From Myxococcota bacterium (GTDB lineage: Bacteria > Myxococcota > B64-G9), in assembly GCA_035453905.1 (NCBI GenBank), contig DAOTDZ010000014.1, forward strand, positions 150,452 through 214,451: 64,000 nucleotides of DNA, written 5' to 3'. A program made the translations under genes and the position numbers. The notes beneath the pieces were generated by a model. That model searched no databases, had not been told where the DNA came from, and saw nothing but the letters and a program-made list of their open reading frames with translations. Below are positions 1 through 9,122 of the stretch, piece after piece; positions within the stretch are counted from its first letter, which is position 1, and every line of letters begins with the position of its first letter.

Positions 1-380
1 GTCAGGGGCGGCGGATCGCACTCACTGAAGGTCCCGTCCAGCTCCTCGTCGCAGCAGACCGTGCCGTCGGCGGCGGTCGTGCAGCAGCGCCCGTCGTCGG
101 CGATCAGCCCGCCCAGGAGCTCGCACACGATCCCCTCGAGCACGGCCAGGTCGGCCGCGTCCACCCGCCCGTCGCCGTTGAGATCGCCCGCCAGATCGCC
201 CCCGCCCTGGTCGAGGATGGCCTGGAGCGCCGCCAGGTCCTGCACGTCCACCCGGCCGTCGCCGTTCAGGTCCCCGCTCGGGCTGGGGTCGTAGTCCACG
301 CAGCCCGTCGCCCAGCCCGCGAACGCAACCATCACCAGACCGGCCAGCAAGCCTCTCATCGCGTTCATCATCGTGTTCAT
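1..380 (-). CDS. Partial (3' end beyond window start) secreted/lipoprotein with a dockerin-type Ca-binding repeat pair and Cys-rich tail
   Basis: Manual minus-strand translation from ATG at 380: MNTMMNAMRGLLAGLVMVAFAGWATGCVDYDPSPSGDLNGDGRVDVQDLAALQAILDQGGGDLAGDLNGDGRVDAADLAVLEGIV... Signal peptide plus lipobox-like ATGC. Two DLNGDGRVDxxDLxxL dockerin segments. SD GGAGGGAG 8 nt upstream. Not in the ORF track because no stop lies inside the window. High GC3. Confidence 0.6.
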   Translation of the reverse strand, partial: MNTMMNAMRGLLAGLVMVAFAGWATGCVDYDPSPSGDLNGDGRVDVQDLAALQAILDQGGGDLAGDLNGDGRVDAADLAVLEGIVCELLGGLIADDGRCCTTAADGTVCCDEELDGTFSECDPPPL

Positions 381-671
381 CGTCGCTCCCTCCGCTCGAT
401 TGGGTTCGCTCCGCGCCTCGCGGGGTGTGCGAAGCAGGAAGCAGACCAGCCGGGAGCGCACCGCCCAACCGCATGAAAGCCCGAGGTTTTCGTGAAGGCC
501 CTGGCGGAGGCTGCGCGGGCCGTTCTTGGGGGGTGCGGCCTCCAGATCGGGGGCCTGCCAGGTAACTCTCCTTCCTCGAAGGTGTTTTCTGGTAGGTCCG
601 GCCCCGGGTCTTGCCCCCGGCCGCCCTCGTGTGGCAGATTCCCCTCGTCCATGGAGCGCAAGGAGGTTCCC

Positions 672-1196
672 ATGCCGCGTGCGATGGCCTGGACCGTGCT
701 GCTCACGCTGGCGCTGGCCGGCTGTGGCGGGGGCGACAACCTGGGGCGGGAGGACGTCGAGGACCTGCCCGCCGGGGACGCCACCGGCAGCGCCCTGTCG
801 GGCAACTACGACCTCGAGTTCTACACCACCGCCTGCAAGGGCGCCTGCCCGCTCATCGACATGGGGCTCTACTCCCTGTCCATCTGCGACGTGGGCAACA
901 CGGACGACGCGACCGTCAGCGTGACCCAGACCGACGGTCGCCTGCTCATCGTCGGCCCGAGCCTGCTGGTCCCTCGCATGGAGGGCGGGCTCGACCAGGA
1001 CGGCACCTTCCTGGTGGGCGGCTACGCCACGCAGAACTCGGGCTCGGTGGAGATCGTGACCCTGGGCGAGGGCGCCATCGACGGCCAGGGCCAGATGACC
1101 GGCAGCAGCGAGACGCACGCCTGGGGCGAGGTCAACCAGACGCGGATCGACTGCACCGCCCTGTTCGAGATCAGCGGCCAGCGCTCCAACCCGTAG
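672..1196 (+). CDS. Hypothetical lipoprotein
   Basis: Internal ATG of track ORF 492..1196, preceded by AGGAGG with a 5-nt spacer. N-terminus MPRAMAWTVLLTLALAGCGGG is a signal peptide with a lipobox. GC3-rich codons. Confidence 0.7.
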   Translation: MPRAMAWTVLLTLALAGCGGGDNLGREDVEDLPAGDATGSALSGNYDLEFYTTACKGACPLIDMGLYSLSICDVGNTDDATVSVTQTDGRLLIVGPSLLVPRMEGGLDQDGTFLVGGYATQNSGSVEIVTLGEGAIDGQGQMTGSSETHAWGEVNQTRIDCTALFEISGQRSNP

Positions 1197-1211
1197 GCCG
1201 CTTCGCCCCCT

Positions 1212-1901
1212 TCAATCGTATTCCTTGTCCGCGCGCTTGCGCTTGGCGCGGTCGTGGGCCTCGCGCTGCTCTTGCAGGACGCTGGCGACCTTCTCGTTCC
1301 TGGGGGCTTCCTTCTCGCCGCCGATGTCGCTCTCGCGCATGGGCGGCTTGTGGCTGGTGAGCACGTCGAGCAGGCGCTCGACCAGGCGCGCGGGGTCGGG
1401 CTCGTACATCACCCGCTCGGGCGGCGCGTGCCGGCCGGCCTTGGCCAGGATGTCGCCGATGTGGTCGGCGATGCCGCCCGTGCCCGTCAGCACCCCCACC
1501 GGCTTCATCTCCTCGTAGGCCACGGTGAACTCGTTCAGCGTGCCGATGCCCCCGCCCACGATCACCACCGCGTCGGAGGAGCGGATGTTGACGATGTCCC
1601 GCTCCATCAGCCCCATGCCCGAGAACAGGATCATGTCGTAGTGCTGCATGGGCGAGCCGTATACCTGAAGGTGCTCGGCCTCGCTGAAGGCCGGGGACAC
1701 GCCGAACACGAAGCCGCCCCGGGCCTTGGCGCCCGCGGCCGCGTGGTCCGGCAGGCCGGGGCAGGCGCCGGTGATGCAGATGCAGCCGCGGTCGGCCACG
1801 GCCTCGCCCAGCCGGCGGGCCAGTTCCTGCGCCCTCGGGTCCCGGATGGTGGGCCCGGAGGCCGAGCCCATCACGCCGATCTTGATGCGTTTCTTCTCCA
1901 C
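1212..1901 (-). CDS. LOG/TIGR00725-family Rossmann-fold protein (lysine-decarboxylase-like, cytokinin riboside 5'-monophosphate phosphoribohydrolase family)
   Basis: IKIGVMGSASG ... GGGIGTLNE motifs are typical of the LOG/SLOG family. GTG start with GGAGG and a 5-nt spacer at 1901. The ORF track's longer N-terminus is an Arg-rich extension. Confidence 0.7.
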   Translation of the reverse strand: MEKKRIKIGVMGSASGPTIRDPRAQELARRLGEAVADRGCICITGACPGLPDHAAAGAKARGGFVFGVSPAFSEAEHLQVYGSPMQHYDMILFSGMGLMERDIVNIRSSDAVVIVGGGIGTLNEFTVAYEEMKPVGVLTGTGGIADHIGDILAKAGRHAPPERVMYEPDPARLVERLLDVLTSHKPPMRESDIGGEKEAPRNEKVASVLQEQREAHDRAKRKRADKEYD

Positions 1902-1927
1902 GTCGCCTCCTCGGGAGCGGCCGCTGC

Positions 1928-3781
1928 TCAGCGGGGGTGGCGGGCCAGGTCCCACACCCGGCGCCAGGCAGGGCCGACCGGGTTCGCGGGCACGGCCGGT
2001 GCGTACTGGGCCGGGACGCCGCCGGTCATGGAGGCCAGGTAGCCGGCCACCGCGTACCACAGCTTGATCTCGTGGCCCGCGCCGTCGGTCACCAGGGCCG
2101 GCGCGGCGGGCTGGCCGTTCTGGTCCAGCGGCTGCAGGTTGAAGGACGCCAGGAAGGCCGCGATGTAGGAGGTGGTGGTGAGCTCGACCAGCTCCGTCAT
2201 CGGATCCAGGCTCCAGTCCGGGTTGGCGCTGGCGTCGTAGACCACCGTGCCCGCGTCCGACTCGTCCAGCGCGGTGTAGGTGGTCAGCTTCTTGATGCGC
2301 ATGTACTGCGGGGCGCTGGAGTCGATCTCCATGCGCAGCCCCGAGGTGATCATGAAGTAGTCGTTGTTGGTCATGCCGGCCGAGGCGCTGGTGGCCTCCA
2401 GGATGAGCTTCAGCGAGGCCCAGCTAAGGTAGAACTTCACCAGCGGGTAGCCCAGCCGCCCGTCCGGGCCGATGCCCAGCGGGGTCACGATGTAGGCGTC
2501 CGGCAGGCCCAGCGCGCCGCCCGGGCCGAGCAGCATGTCGTCGCGCACGTCCCCGCCGTTGGAGACCGCGGCGACCTCGGTGCCCGAGGCCCGCCGCGCG
2601 GCGTCCGCCACCAGGTAGCCCAGGTTGTGGGCGTCGAAGTAGGTCCGCTCCAGCGGGAAGCCGGAGGTGGTGAGCGACTGGTCGAACTCGCCCGTGAGGA
2701 ACGCGTCGGCCGCGGGCAGCACCGGGAAGCTCTGCAGCAGCTCCTGCTCGATCGACTGGATGAGCGGGTCGACCAGCGCCGACTTGGCGGGGTCGGCGGC
2801 CAGGCTGTCGTCGATGGCCAGGAGCTCGCCGGTGGCCGCGCGCGCGCCGCCCGCGCGGGTGAGCACCACGTGGGACAGGTAGCGGCCGTAGTCGCCGGCC
2901 TCCAGCGCCCAGGCGGTCTCGCCGTCCGGGCCGGTGATGGCGGCCAGCGACGAGCTCACCGTGTGCTCGTGGCCGGACAGCGCCAGGTCGATGCCCCGCA
3001 CCTGGCGGAGCAGCTCGATGGTGTCGCCCGCCGGCTGGCCCGCCTGCTCGGTGATGCCCATGTGCGCCAGCACGATGACCACGTCCGCGCCCTCGGCGCG
3101 CATCTCGTCCACCACGGCCTGGACCTCGGGCGCGAGCTCGGCGATGGTGGTGGCGAAGGTGACCGGCACCGCGTTGTAGGTGACCGTGCTGTAGGACACC
3201 GGCCCGAGCACGCCGGTGATGCCCACGCTCACCCCGCCCACCTCCCGCAGGATGTAGGGGTGGATGCGCTTGCCGGCCACGCCCTCGGGGCCGTACAGCG
3301 CCTCCAGGGCGTCGTCCCCGGCGTCGTCGGCGTCGAAGCGGATGTTGGCGCACACCAGCGGGACGCCGGGCGCCTGCGAGGCGTCGATCATGCCCACCAG
3401 CCCCGCGGGGCCCCAGTCGAGCTCGTGGTTGCCGATGGCGGCCGCGCTGAAGCCGAGCTCGGCCAGCAGATCGAGGTCGCCGCCCGCGCCGTTCGCCCCG
3501 CCGAACAGGGTGCCCATCTTGAAGTCGCCGGCGTCGAGCAGCAGCTTGGCGGGGGAGGGGTCGTCGGCGTAGAGCTTGGCCCAGCGGCCCATGCCCCCCA
3601 GGGTGCCGTCGCCGATGGCCCCGGTGTAGCTCATGTTCGGCTGGCCGAGCCAGTGGGAGTGGCGATCGTTCTGGTGGTAGACCACGAGCTCGTAGTCCTT
3701 GGGCGAGTCCTCGGAGCAGGCCGCGCCGGCCAGGAGGGTGAGCGCCAGGGTGGAGACCGGGATCAGGCGACGGATGTTCAT
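1928..3781 (-). CDS. Bifunctional metallophosphatase / 5'-nucleotidase lipoprotein (UshA-like)
   Basis: Metallophosphoesterase motifs (GNHE, GHEH) and a 5'-nucleotidase C-terminal domain. Start MNIRRL has GAGGAGG with a 5-nt spacer. Lipobox LLAGAAC. Confidence 0.8.
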   Translation of the reverse strand: MNIRRLIPVSTLALTLLAGAACSEDSPKDYELVVYHQNDRHSHWLGQPNMSYTGAIGDGTLGGMGRWAKLYADDPSPAKLLLDAGDFKMGTLFGGANGAGGDLDLLAELGFSAAAIGNHELDWGPAGLVGMIDASQAPGVPLVCANIRFDADDAGDDALEALYGPEGVAGKRIHPYILREVGGVSVGITGVLGPVSYSTVTYNAVPVTFATTIAELAPEVQAVVDEMRAEGADVVIVLAHMGITEQAGQPAGDTIELLRQVRGIDLALSGHEHTVSSSLAAITGPDGETAWALEAGDYGRYLSHVVLTRAGGARAATGELLAIDDSLAADPAKSALVDPLIQSIEQELLQSFPVLPAADAFLTGEFDQSLTTSGFPLERTYFDAHNLGYLVADAARRASGTEVAAVSNGGDVRDDMLLGPGGALGLPDAYIVTPLGIGPDGRLGYPLVKFYLSWASLKLILEATSASAGMTNNDYFMITSGLRMEIDSSAPQYMRIKKLTTYTALDESDAGTVVYDASANPDWSLDPMTELVELTTTSYIAAFLASFNLQPLDQNGQPAAPALVTDGAGHEIKLWYAVAGYLASMTGGVPAQYAPAVPANPVGPAWRRVWDLARHPR

Positions 3782-3844
3782 GGGGACCTCCTCGATCGAG
3801 GCCCCATTCAAGCCCGTGGCGGCCCCGGAGTCAACCTGGAAGGG

Positions 3845-4078
3845 TCAGAGACGGCTCTCGTCGCAGATGTTCTGGTCGAAGCGGTAGCGGCAGGTGGTGA
3901 AGCCGAACAGGTGGTAGAGCGGGGACCAGCCCGCGGCGGCGGTCGCCAGCGGCCACAGCGCCAGGAGCCCCCACCAGGTCGACAGGGCGAAGCCGACCAC
4001 CGCCAGGCTCAGGCCCAGCAGCAGGCGGAAGATGCGGTCCCACAGGGCGATGTTCGGTTCGGGTCGTGTCCAGCGCAT
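3845..4078 (-). CDS. Small inner-membrane protein, DUF2892 (YgaP-like)
   Basis: Motif WDRIxRxxxGxxL followed by two TM helices. Internal ATG with AAGGGAG upstream. Confidence 0.55.
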   Translation of the reverse strand: MRWTRPEPNIALWDRIFRLLLGLSLAVVGFALSTWWGLLALWPLATAAAGWSPLYHLFGFTTCRYRFDQNICDESRL

Positions 4079-4168
4079 GTTGTTGCACTCCCTTCCCCCG
4101 GCCCGGCTGACCGGCACGACTCGGTCGGGCGGTGGGGGAGGGGGCTTACGGGCGGACCCGCGGGGCGC

Positions 4169-4879
4169 TCAGCGCCGGCCGCCGACGATGCGCAGGATGA
4201 GCAGGAACAGGTTGATGAAGTCGAGGTACAAGACCAGCGCGCCGTGGATGGCCATCTTGCGCCCCGCCTCGGTGCCGGAGTCCACAACCTCGCCCATCAG
4301 CTTGATCTTCTGCGTGTCCCAGGCGGTCAGCAGCACGAAGATGAGCACGCCGGCGTAGGTGGTCACCCAGTACAGGGTGCTGTTCGCCCAGAACAGGTTC
4401 ACCACCGAGGCGATGATGAGCCCGAACAGGCCCATCATGGCGAAGTGCCCCACGCCGCTCAAGCTCCGCTTGGTGAAGTAGCCGTAGGCCGAGGTGGCGC
4501 CGAAGGTGCCGGCGGTCACGAAGAAGGCGGCGGCGATGCCGGACAGCTCGAAGAACAAGAACAGCACCGCGAAGGTGAGCCCGTTCAGGGCCGCGTAGGC
4601 CAGGAACAGGGCGATGGCGGTGGCGGAGTTGATGCGCTTGGCAGCCCAGGAGAACACCAGCACCAGCACCAGCTCGCCGACCAGCAGCGCGTAGAACACC
4701 CCGCTCCGGGCCATCTGCCAGGCCCACTCGGCCGGCACCAGCATGGCGATGGCGCCGGTCAGCGCCAGCCCGACCGTCATCCAGCGGTAGACCACCCACA
4801 GGAACGCGTTCTCGGCCGTGATGGCGCGCGCGCCCGCGCCCAGGTCCGTCTGCCCCTGGTAGCCCTGGAAATCCGCCAT
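4169..4879 (-). CDS. Bax-inhibitor-1 / YccA family membrane protein
   Basis: Seven predicted TM segments and BI-1/TMBIM-family similarity (MADFQGYQ..., C-terminal basic tail). AGGAGG 6 nt upstream of the ATG. Confidence 0.8.
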   Translation of the reverse strand: MADFQGYQGQTDLGAGARAITAENAFLWVVYRWMTVGLALTGAIAMLVPAEWAWQMARSGVFYALLVGELVLVLVFSWAAKRINSATAIALFLAYAALNGLTFAVLFLFFELSGIAAAFFVTAGTFGATSAYGYFTKRSLSGVGHFAMMGLFGLIIASVVNLFWANSTLYWVTTYAGVLIFVLLTAWDTQKIKLMGEVVDSGTEAGRKMAIHGALVLYLDFINLFLLILRIVGGRR

Positions 4880-4945
4880 GTGGCACCTCCTTGTCCGGCC
4901 CCGTATCTTGGGAGATCCGCGGGCCGGATGCAAGCGGACCGCGGC

Positions 4946-5000
4946 CGGGGCGTTGGCAGACCCGCCGTGTGTGAATCTCTCAGGGCAGCCTTCGAGGAGT
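4946..5000 (+). repeat. REP-like intergenic element, family 1 (GGCGTTGGCAGACCCGCCGTGTGTGAATCTCTCAGGGCAGCCTTCGAGG)
   Basis: One of five copies in the window (also 10693, 14208, 27073 and 27281). Imperfect hairpin potential. Confidence 0.6.
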
Positions 5001-5127
5001 CCTGCCTCCAACTAGACACCGGCCACTCGCAACCAGCCACTGGCTTCTCGCCACCTCCTTCCTTTCCTTCACCCCGGGGAGGTACAATCGCGCAAGGCCT
5101 GACCCGGCACGCTCAGGAGGGATTCCG

Positions 5128-7896
5128 ATGGGGATCATGCGGTTCGCAACCCGCCTCCGCCCGATCTGCGCGATCCTCGGCCTGGCCCTGTGCCTGGGGG
5201 CCCTCCTCGCCTGCCCGGGTTGCGTCGACTACCAGGGGAACGTCCCCTGCGAGTCCGACTCCGACTGCGGCAGGGCGCAGGCCTGCGACCTGACCCAGGG
5301 AATCTGCCGTCCCATGTCCTGCGTCCTGGCCTGCCAGGGCCGCGAGTGCGGGCCCGACGGCTGCGGCGGGACATGCGGCGCCTGCGCCGCGGGGGAGACC
5401 TGCAGCCAGGGCGGACAGTGCCTCGGCGCATGCTCGCCCGACTGCTCGGCCCGCGAGTGCGGGCCCGACGGCTGCGGCGGGAGCTGCGGCACCTGCCCGG
5501 CAGGAGAAGCTTGCACCCCTGTGGGCGTGTGCGGCGGCGACTACCCCTGCTGCGAAACCCGGGAGTGCGGGCCGGATCCGTGCATGGGTGTGTCGTGCGG
5601 CGCCTGCCTGCCGGGCGAGACATGCACCCCTGGGGGCATGTGCGAGGGCGACTACCCCTGCTGCGGGATCCGCGAGTGCGGGCCCGATCCGTGCGCGGGC
5701 GCCCCCTGCGGCACCTGCGGGATGGACGAGTGGTGCGACACGAGCGGCCAGTGCCAGGGCGTCTGCACCCCCGACTGCACCGGGAAGAGCTGTGGGGACG
5801 ACGGCTGCGGCGGGAGCTGCGGCACGTGTGCGTACGATGAATGGTGCAGTGCGGCAAGCCAATGCAGGGCGGCCGCCCAGGTGGGGGAGGCCTGCCCCTT
5901 CGAGAGCATCAACCCGGACGCCGGGGTGTGCGCCGAGGGCTTGACCTGCCTGGGCCTTGCGCCCGAACCCTACAGCTCTCCGTGCTCGGCCGACGAGGAC
6001 TGTCTGCTGTATCTCCAGGATTTCCATAACCCGGATTGTTCTGACGGTGGATGTGGGGGTTCCTTCTGCGTCGCCGATTGCGTGGCGGAGGACTGCGACT
6101 CAGGTTTCAGCCCACAAATGGTCGGGGGTCATTGCTACTGCATCCCGGCGAACGCAGGCCCGAACGACGGCCAGGTGGGCGACGCATGCTACTTCGATCC
6201 AGTCCATACCGAGGAGGGCGCCTGCGTCCCAGGCCTCGAGTGCTTTGGCATGGGGCCGTACTGGAACGAGATGCCCTGCACGGATGACTCCGACTGCTTG
6301 GCCTTCCTCCCTGCCTCCTACAACCCAGAGTGTGTCGCTGGCAGTTGCGGCGCGTCTCTCTGCGTCGGCCCTTGTGCCGCAGACGGCTCCTGCGCCGACG
6401 GCCTACAGCCGATTGTGATGGGCAGCGAGTGCTTCTGCATTCCCAGCGACCAGATCGGCACTGGCCAGCCCGGCGACCCCTGCCCCTTCGAGCAGGTCCA
6501 TGCGGACGACGGGCCGTGCGCTCCGGACCTCGTGTGCCTGGGCAATGCCCAGGGCGCTGAAGCCTGCGCGACCGTCGCAGACTGCGTGAACTTCGGCTAC
6601 GACCAGGTCTACAACCCGGAGTGCGTCCAAGGCTTCTGCGGCTTCTCCTTCTGCGCCGGCCTCTGCGTGAACGGCGGCCACTGCGACCCCGGTTTCCTGC
6701 CGATCGAATCGGAGGGCACCTGCTACTGCATCCCGGACACCTCGGAGGCCACCGGTCAGGCCGGCGATCCCTGCCCCTTCGACCAGGTCAACCCGACCGC
6801 GACCGAGTGCGCTGTCGGCCTGACCTGTCTGGGGATCCTGCCGGATCCGAGCTCGACTCCCTGTCCCGCGGGCGACGCGGACTGTCTGGCTTTCTACGCG
6901 GCCGCCTGGAACCCCGACTGCGCAGTGGGCGGCTGCGGCGTGTCCTTCTGTTCGGCAACGTGCACCAACGGCGCCTGCCCCGCGGGCTTCGGGACCTATG
7001 ACATCATGGACACCTGCTACTGCATCCCCCTCCAGCAGCCGTCCCCCTCCAGAATCGCCTACGTCACCAACCGGAGCGGCCGGTACGAGATCTGGGTGAT
7101 GACCGGGGACGGCCTCGGGCAGCGGCAGCTCACCTTCAGCGCGCCCGACGAAACCCAGCGCATGGGCGCGCACTCGCCGCGCTGGTCGCCGGACGGCGCC
7201 CGGATCGCCTTCCTGTACGGCGCCGGGGACCCGACGCCGGACAGCACGCGGACCATGGTGATGAACGCCGACGGGACGGACCTGCGGGAGGTCACCCACG
7301 CGATCAGGACCTACTGGGAGCTGATTGCCTGGAGCCTGGACGGGACCGCGATCCTCCAGGAGCTCGACCTCTTCATGAACTCTCAGATCCTGGGCGTCGA
7401 CCTGGCGACCGGCGCGACCCGGGTGGTCCTGGACGACACCCCGGACGGCTACCTCATCGCGGTCTCCCCGGACGTCAACCCGGTGGACGCCACGCTCGCG
7501 TACATCGCCTACAACACCGGCGGCGACTGGGGCGGCTTGCGCCTCCGCGCCATGGACGGCGGCGCCGAGACGACCCTCCTCGGCGCCGGGGTCGGGGTCG
7601 CCTCGCCGAGGTGGTCGCCGACCGGCGAGGAGATCGCGTACTCGCTCGAGGACTCCACGACAGGCAGCTTCAAGGTGATCGCCCGGGCTGGCGGGCCGCC
7701 CCGGACCATCACCTTGGACCCTCCGGTCGACACCAGGGCGGTCAGCGTGGACTGGACCGAGGACGGGTTCATCTTCAGGCGGTCCGCGGGCTCCGGCGGT
7801 GAGATCTGGGCCTGCGGGGCGGACGGCAGCGGGGCTCACGCGCTCCTCGCGGACGGCTGGAACAACCTGGAGCCGGACTGGAGGAGCGCGCCGTAG
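5128..7896 (+). CDS. Cys-rich repeat lipoprotein with C-terminal TolB-like (PD40) beta-propeller. About nine RECGPDGCGGSCG(T/A)C repeats, then five repeats of about 75 aa of the form GDxCxFDxVN...CLG...NPDC...CG.SFC.
   Basis: Signal peptide LLACPGC. GGAGGG 6 nt upstream of the ATG. Tandem Cys repeats are visible at the protein and DNA level. The C-terminus carries PD40-type repeats (SPRWSPDG x2). Confidence 0.8.
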   Translation: MGIMRFATRLRPICAILGLALCLGALLACPGCVDYQGNVPCESDSDCGRAQACDLTQGICRPMSCVLACQGRECGPDGCGGTCGACAAGETCSQGGQCLGACSPDCSARECGPDGCGGSCGTCPAGEACTPVGVCGGDYPCCETRECGPDPCMGVSCGACLPGETCTPGGMCEGDYPCCGIRECGPDPCAGAPCGTCGMDEWCDTSGQCQGVCTPDCTGKSCGDDGCGGSCGTCAYDEWCSAASQCRAAAQVGEACPFESINPDAGVCAEGLTCLGLAPEPYSSPCSADEDCLLYLQDFHNPDCSDGGCGGSFCVADCVAEDCDSGFSPQMVGGHCYCIPANAGPNDGQVGDACYFDPVHTEEGACVPGLECFGMGPYWNEMPCTDDSDCLAFLPASYNPECVAGSCGASLCVGPCAADGSCADGLQPIVMGSECFCIPSDQIGTGQPGDPCPFEQVHADDGPCAPDLVCLGNAQGAEACATVADCVNFGYDQVYNPECVQGFCGFSFCAGLCVNGGHCDPGFLPIESEGTCYCIPDTSEATGQAGDPCPFDQVNPTATECAVGLTCLGILPDPSSTPCPAGDADCLAFYAAAWNPDCAVGGCGVSFCSATCTNGACPAGFGTYDIMDTCYCIPLQQPSPSRIAYVTNRSGRYEIWVMTGDGLGQRQLTFSAPDETQRMGAHSPRWSPDGARIAFLYGAGDPTPDSTRTMVMNADGTDLREVTHAIRTYWELIAWSLDGTAILQELDLFMNSQILGVDLATGATRVVLDDTPDGYLIAVSPDVNPVDATLAYIAYNTGGDWGGLRLRAMDGGAETTLLGAGVGVASPRWSPTGEEIAYSLEDSTTGSFKVIARAGGPPRTITLDPPVDTRAVSVDWTEDGFIFRRSAGSGGEIWACGADGSGAHALLADGWNNLEPDWRSAP

Positions 7897-7983
7897 GTTC
7901 GCCGGGCCCCCCGGGGCCGTAGGTGCCAGCCGCCTGCAAGGCTGGGTGGTCCGCTGCACACGCAACCACCAGCGAGGGTCGCG

Positions 7984-8958
7984 ATGAAGGGCAAGTCGGT
8001 CGATCTGCTGATGAAGGCGAAGCGTCGGCTCGACCCGCGGGCCCACACGGCCTGGACCGAGTTCCACCCGTTCCGCTCGGCCGAGGCGCGCGCGGAGTAC
8101 TTCGCCTCTCTCGAGCCGCGCGAGCGGCGCTGGCCGATCCCCTCGGAGGACCGCGTCGTCGAGACCTCGTGGGCGCGGACCTTCGTCCGCGTGGGCGGAT
8201 TGGCCGGCGGGCCGCCGCTGGTGCTGATGCACGGCGCGGCCACCAACTCCCTGAGCTGGGAGTGCAACATCCAGGGGCTGTCGGAGCGTCATCGCACCTA
8301 CGCGATCGACAACCCCTACGACGTCGGCCGCAGCGTCTACGCGCGCGACGCGAGCAGCGTCGACGACTACGTGGCCTGGCTGGACGAGACGCTCTCCGCG
8401 CTCGGGCTCGCGGGCGGGATCGATCTGGTCGGCATGTCCTACGGCGCGTGGCTGACCGCGAAGTACACGCTCGCCCACCCCGAGCGCGTCGCCCGCGCGG
8501 TGTTGCTGGTCCCGGCCCTGACGGTGCAGAACGTGCGCTTCGTCTGGGTGGTGCGCTGCCTGTTGTCGATGCTCGATCGGAGGCTCTCGCAGAACTTCGC
8601 GCGCTGGACGCTCCGCGACGCCTACGAGCAGGGCCCGCGCTCCAGGCAGCTCGTCGAGGAGATCGCCGACGACGGCCTCGCCCTGTCGAAGAAGTGCATC
8701 TCCCGGCACGTGGTGCTCCCCACCAGGCTCGAGGACGCCGAGTGGCGGCGCCTCACCACCCCGATGCTGGTGCTCGTGGGCGAGCACGAGAAGCACTACC
8801 ACCCGGCGAAGGCGGTCGCCCACCTCGCGCGCGTGGCGCCCCGGGTCAAGGTGGAGGTCATCGCCGGCGCCGGGCACGATCTCGCGGCGGTCTTCCCCGA
8901 GCTGGTGAACCGGAAGGTGCTCGCCTTCCTCGAGGAGGGGCGGGCCGATTCGCGGTAG
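7984..8958 (+). CDS. Alpha/beta-hydrolase fold protein (esterase/lipase-like)
   Basis: HGAATNSLSW, nucleophile elbow GMSYGA, C-terminal His (AGHD). GAGGG 5 nt upstream of the ATG. Confidence 0.8.
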   Translation: MKGKSVDLLMKAKRRLDPRAHTAWTEFHPFRSAEARAEYFASLEPRERRWPIPSEDRVVETSWARTFVRVGGLAGGPPLVLMHGAATNSLSWECNIQGLSERHRTYAIDNPYDVGRSVYARDASSVDDYVAWLDETLSALGLAGGIDLVGMSYGAWLTAKYTLAHPERVARAVLLVPALTVQNVRFVWVVRCLLSMLDRRLSQNFARWTLRDAYEQGPRSRQLVEEIADDGLALSKKCISRHVVLPTRLEDAEWRRLTTPMLVLVGEHEKHYHPAKAVAHLARVAPRVKVEVIAGAGHDLAAVFPELVNRKVLAFLEEGRADSR

Positions 8959-9122
8959 GGGCCACCAGACACTCGCGACTCGTCACCCCCTTCGGGGGCT
9001 GCTCCGCTTCGCTCGAGGACTCGCTCGCTCCGCGGCTCGCCACCCGCCACCTCCTTCTTTCCTTCCTCCCGTGGAGGTACAATCGCGGAAGGCCTGGCCC
9101 GGCGCTCTCAGGAGGGACTCCG

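Noticed and set aside
22-474. 150-aa minus-strand ORF at the window start
   Set aside because: Arg-rich frame. The real gene here is the dockerin-repeat lipoprotein in another minus-strand frame (1..380), identified by manual translation.
1937-5293. 1118-aa ORF (and similar giants: 6403..8877 -, 17019..22985 -, 21520..24747 -, 21630..24899 +, 24692..27118 -, 29583..32156 -, 37205..39691 +, 37878..40463 -, 42149..44152 -, 50716..53472 +, 56822..59821 -, 60811..63024 +)
   Set aside because: Arg/Pro/Gly/Ala-dominated translations lying antisense or out of frame to recognisable genes. These are the usual long spurious ORFs of 70% GC DNA; the real genes are on the other strand or frame.
7921-7940. 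Sigma-54 promoter on the reverse complement of the AGGTGCCAGCC motif (contains TGGCAC)
   Set aside because: No TTGC element at the required +5 spacing in any copy.
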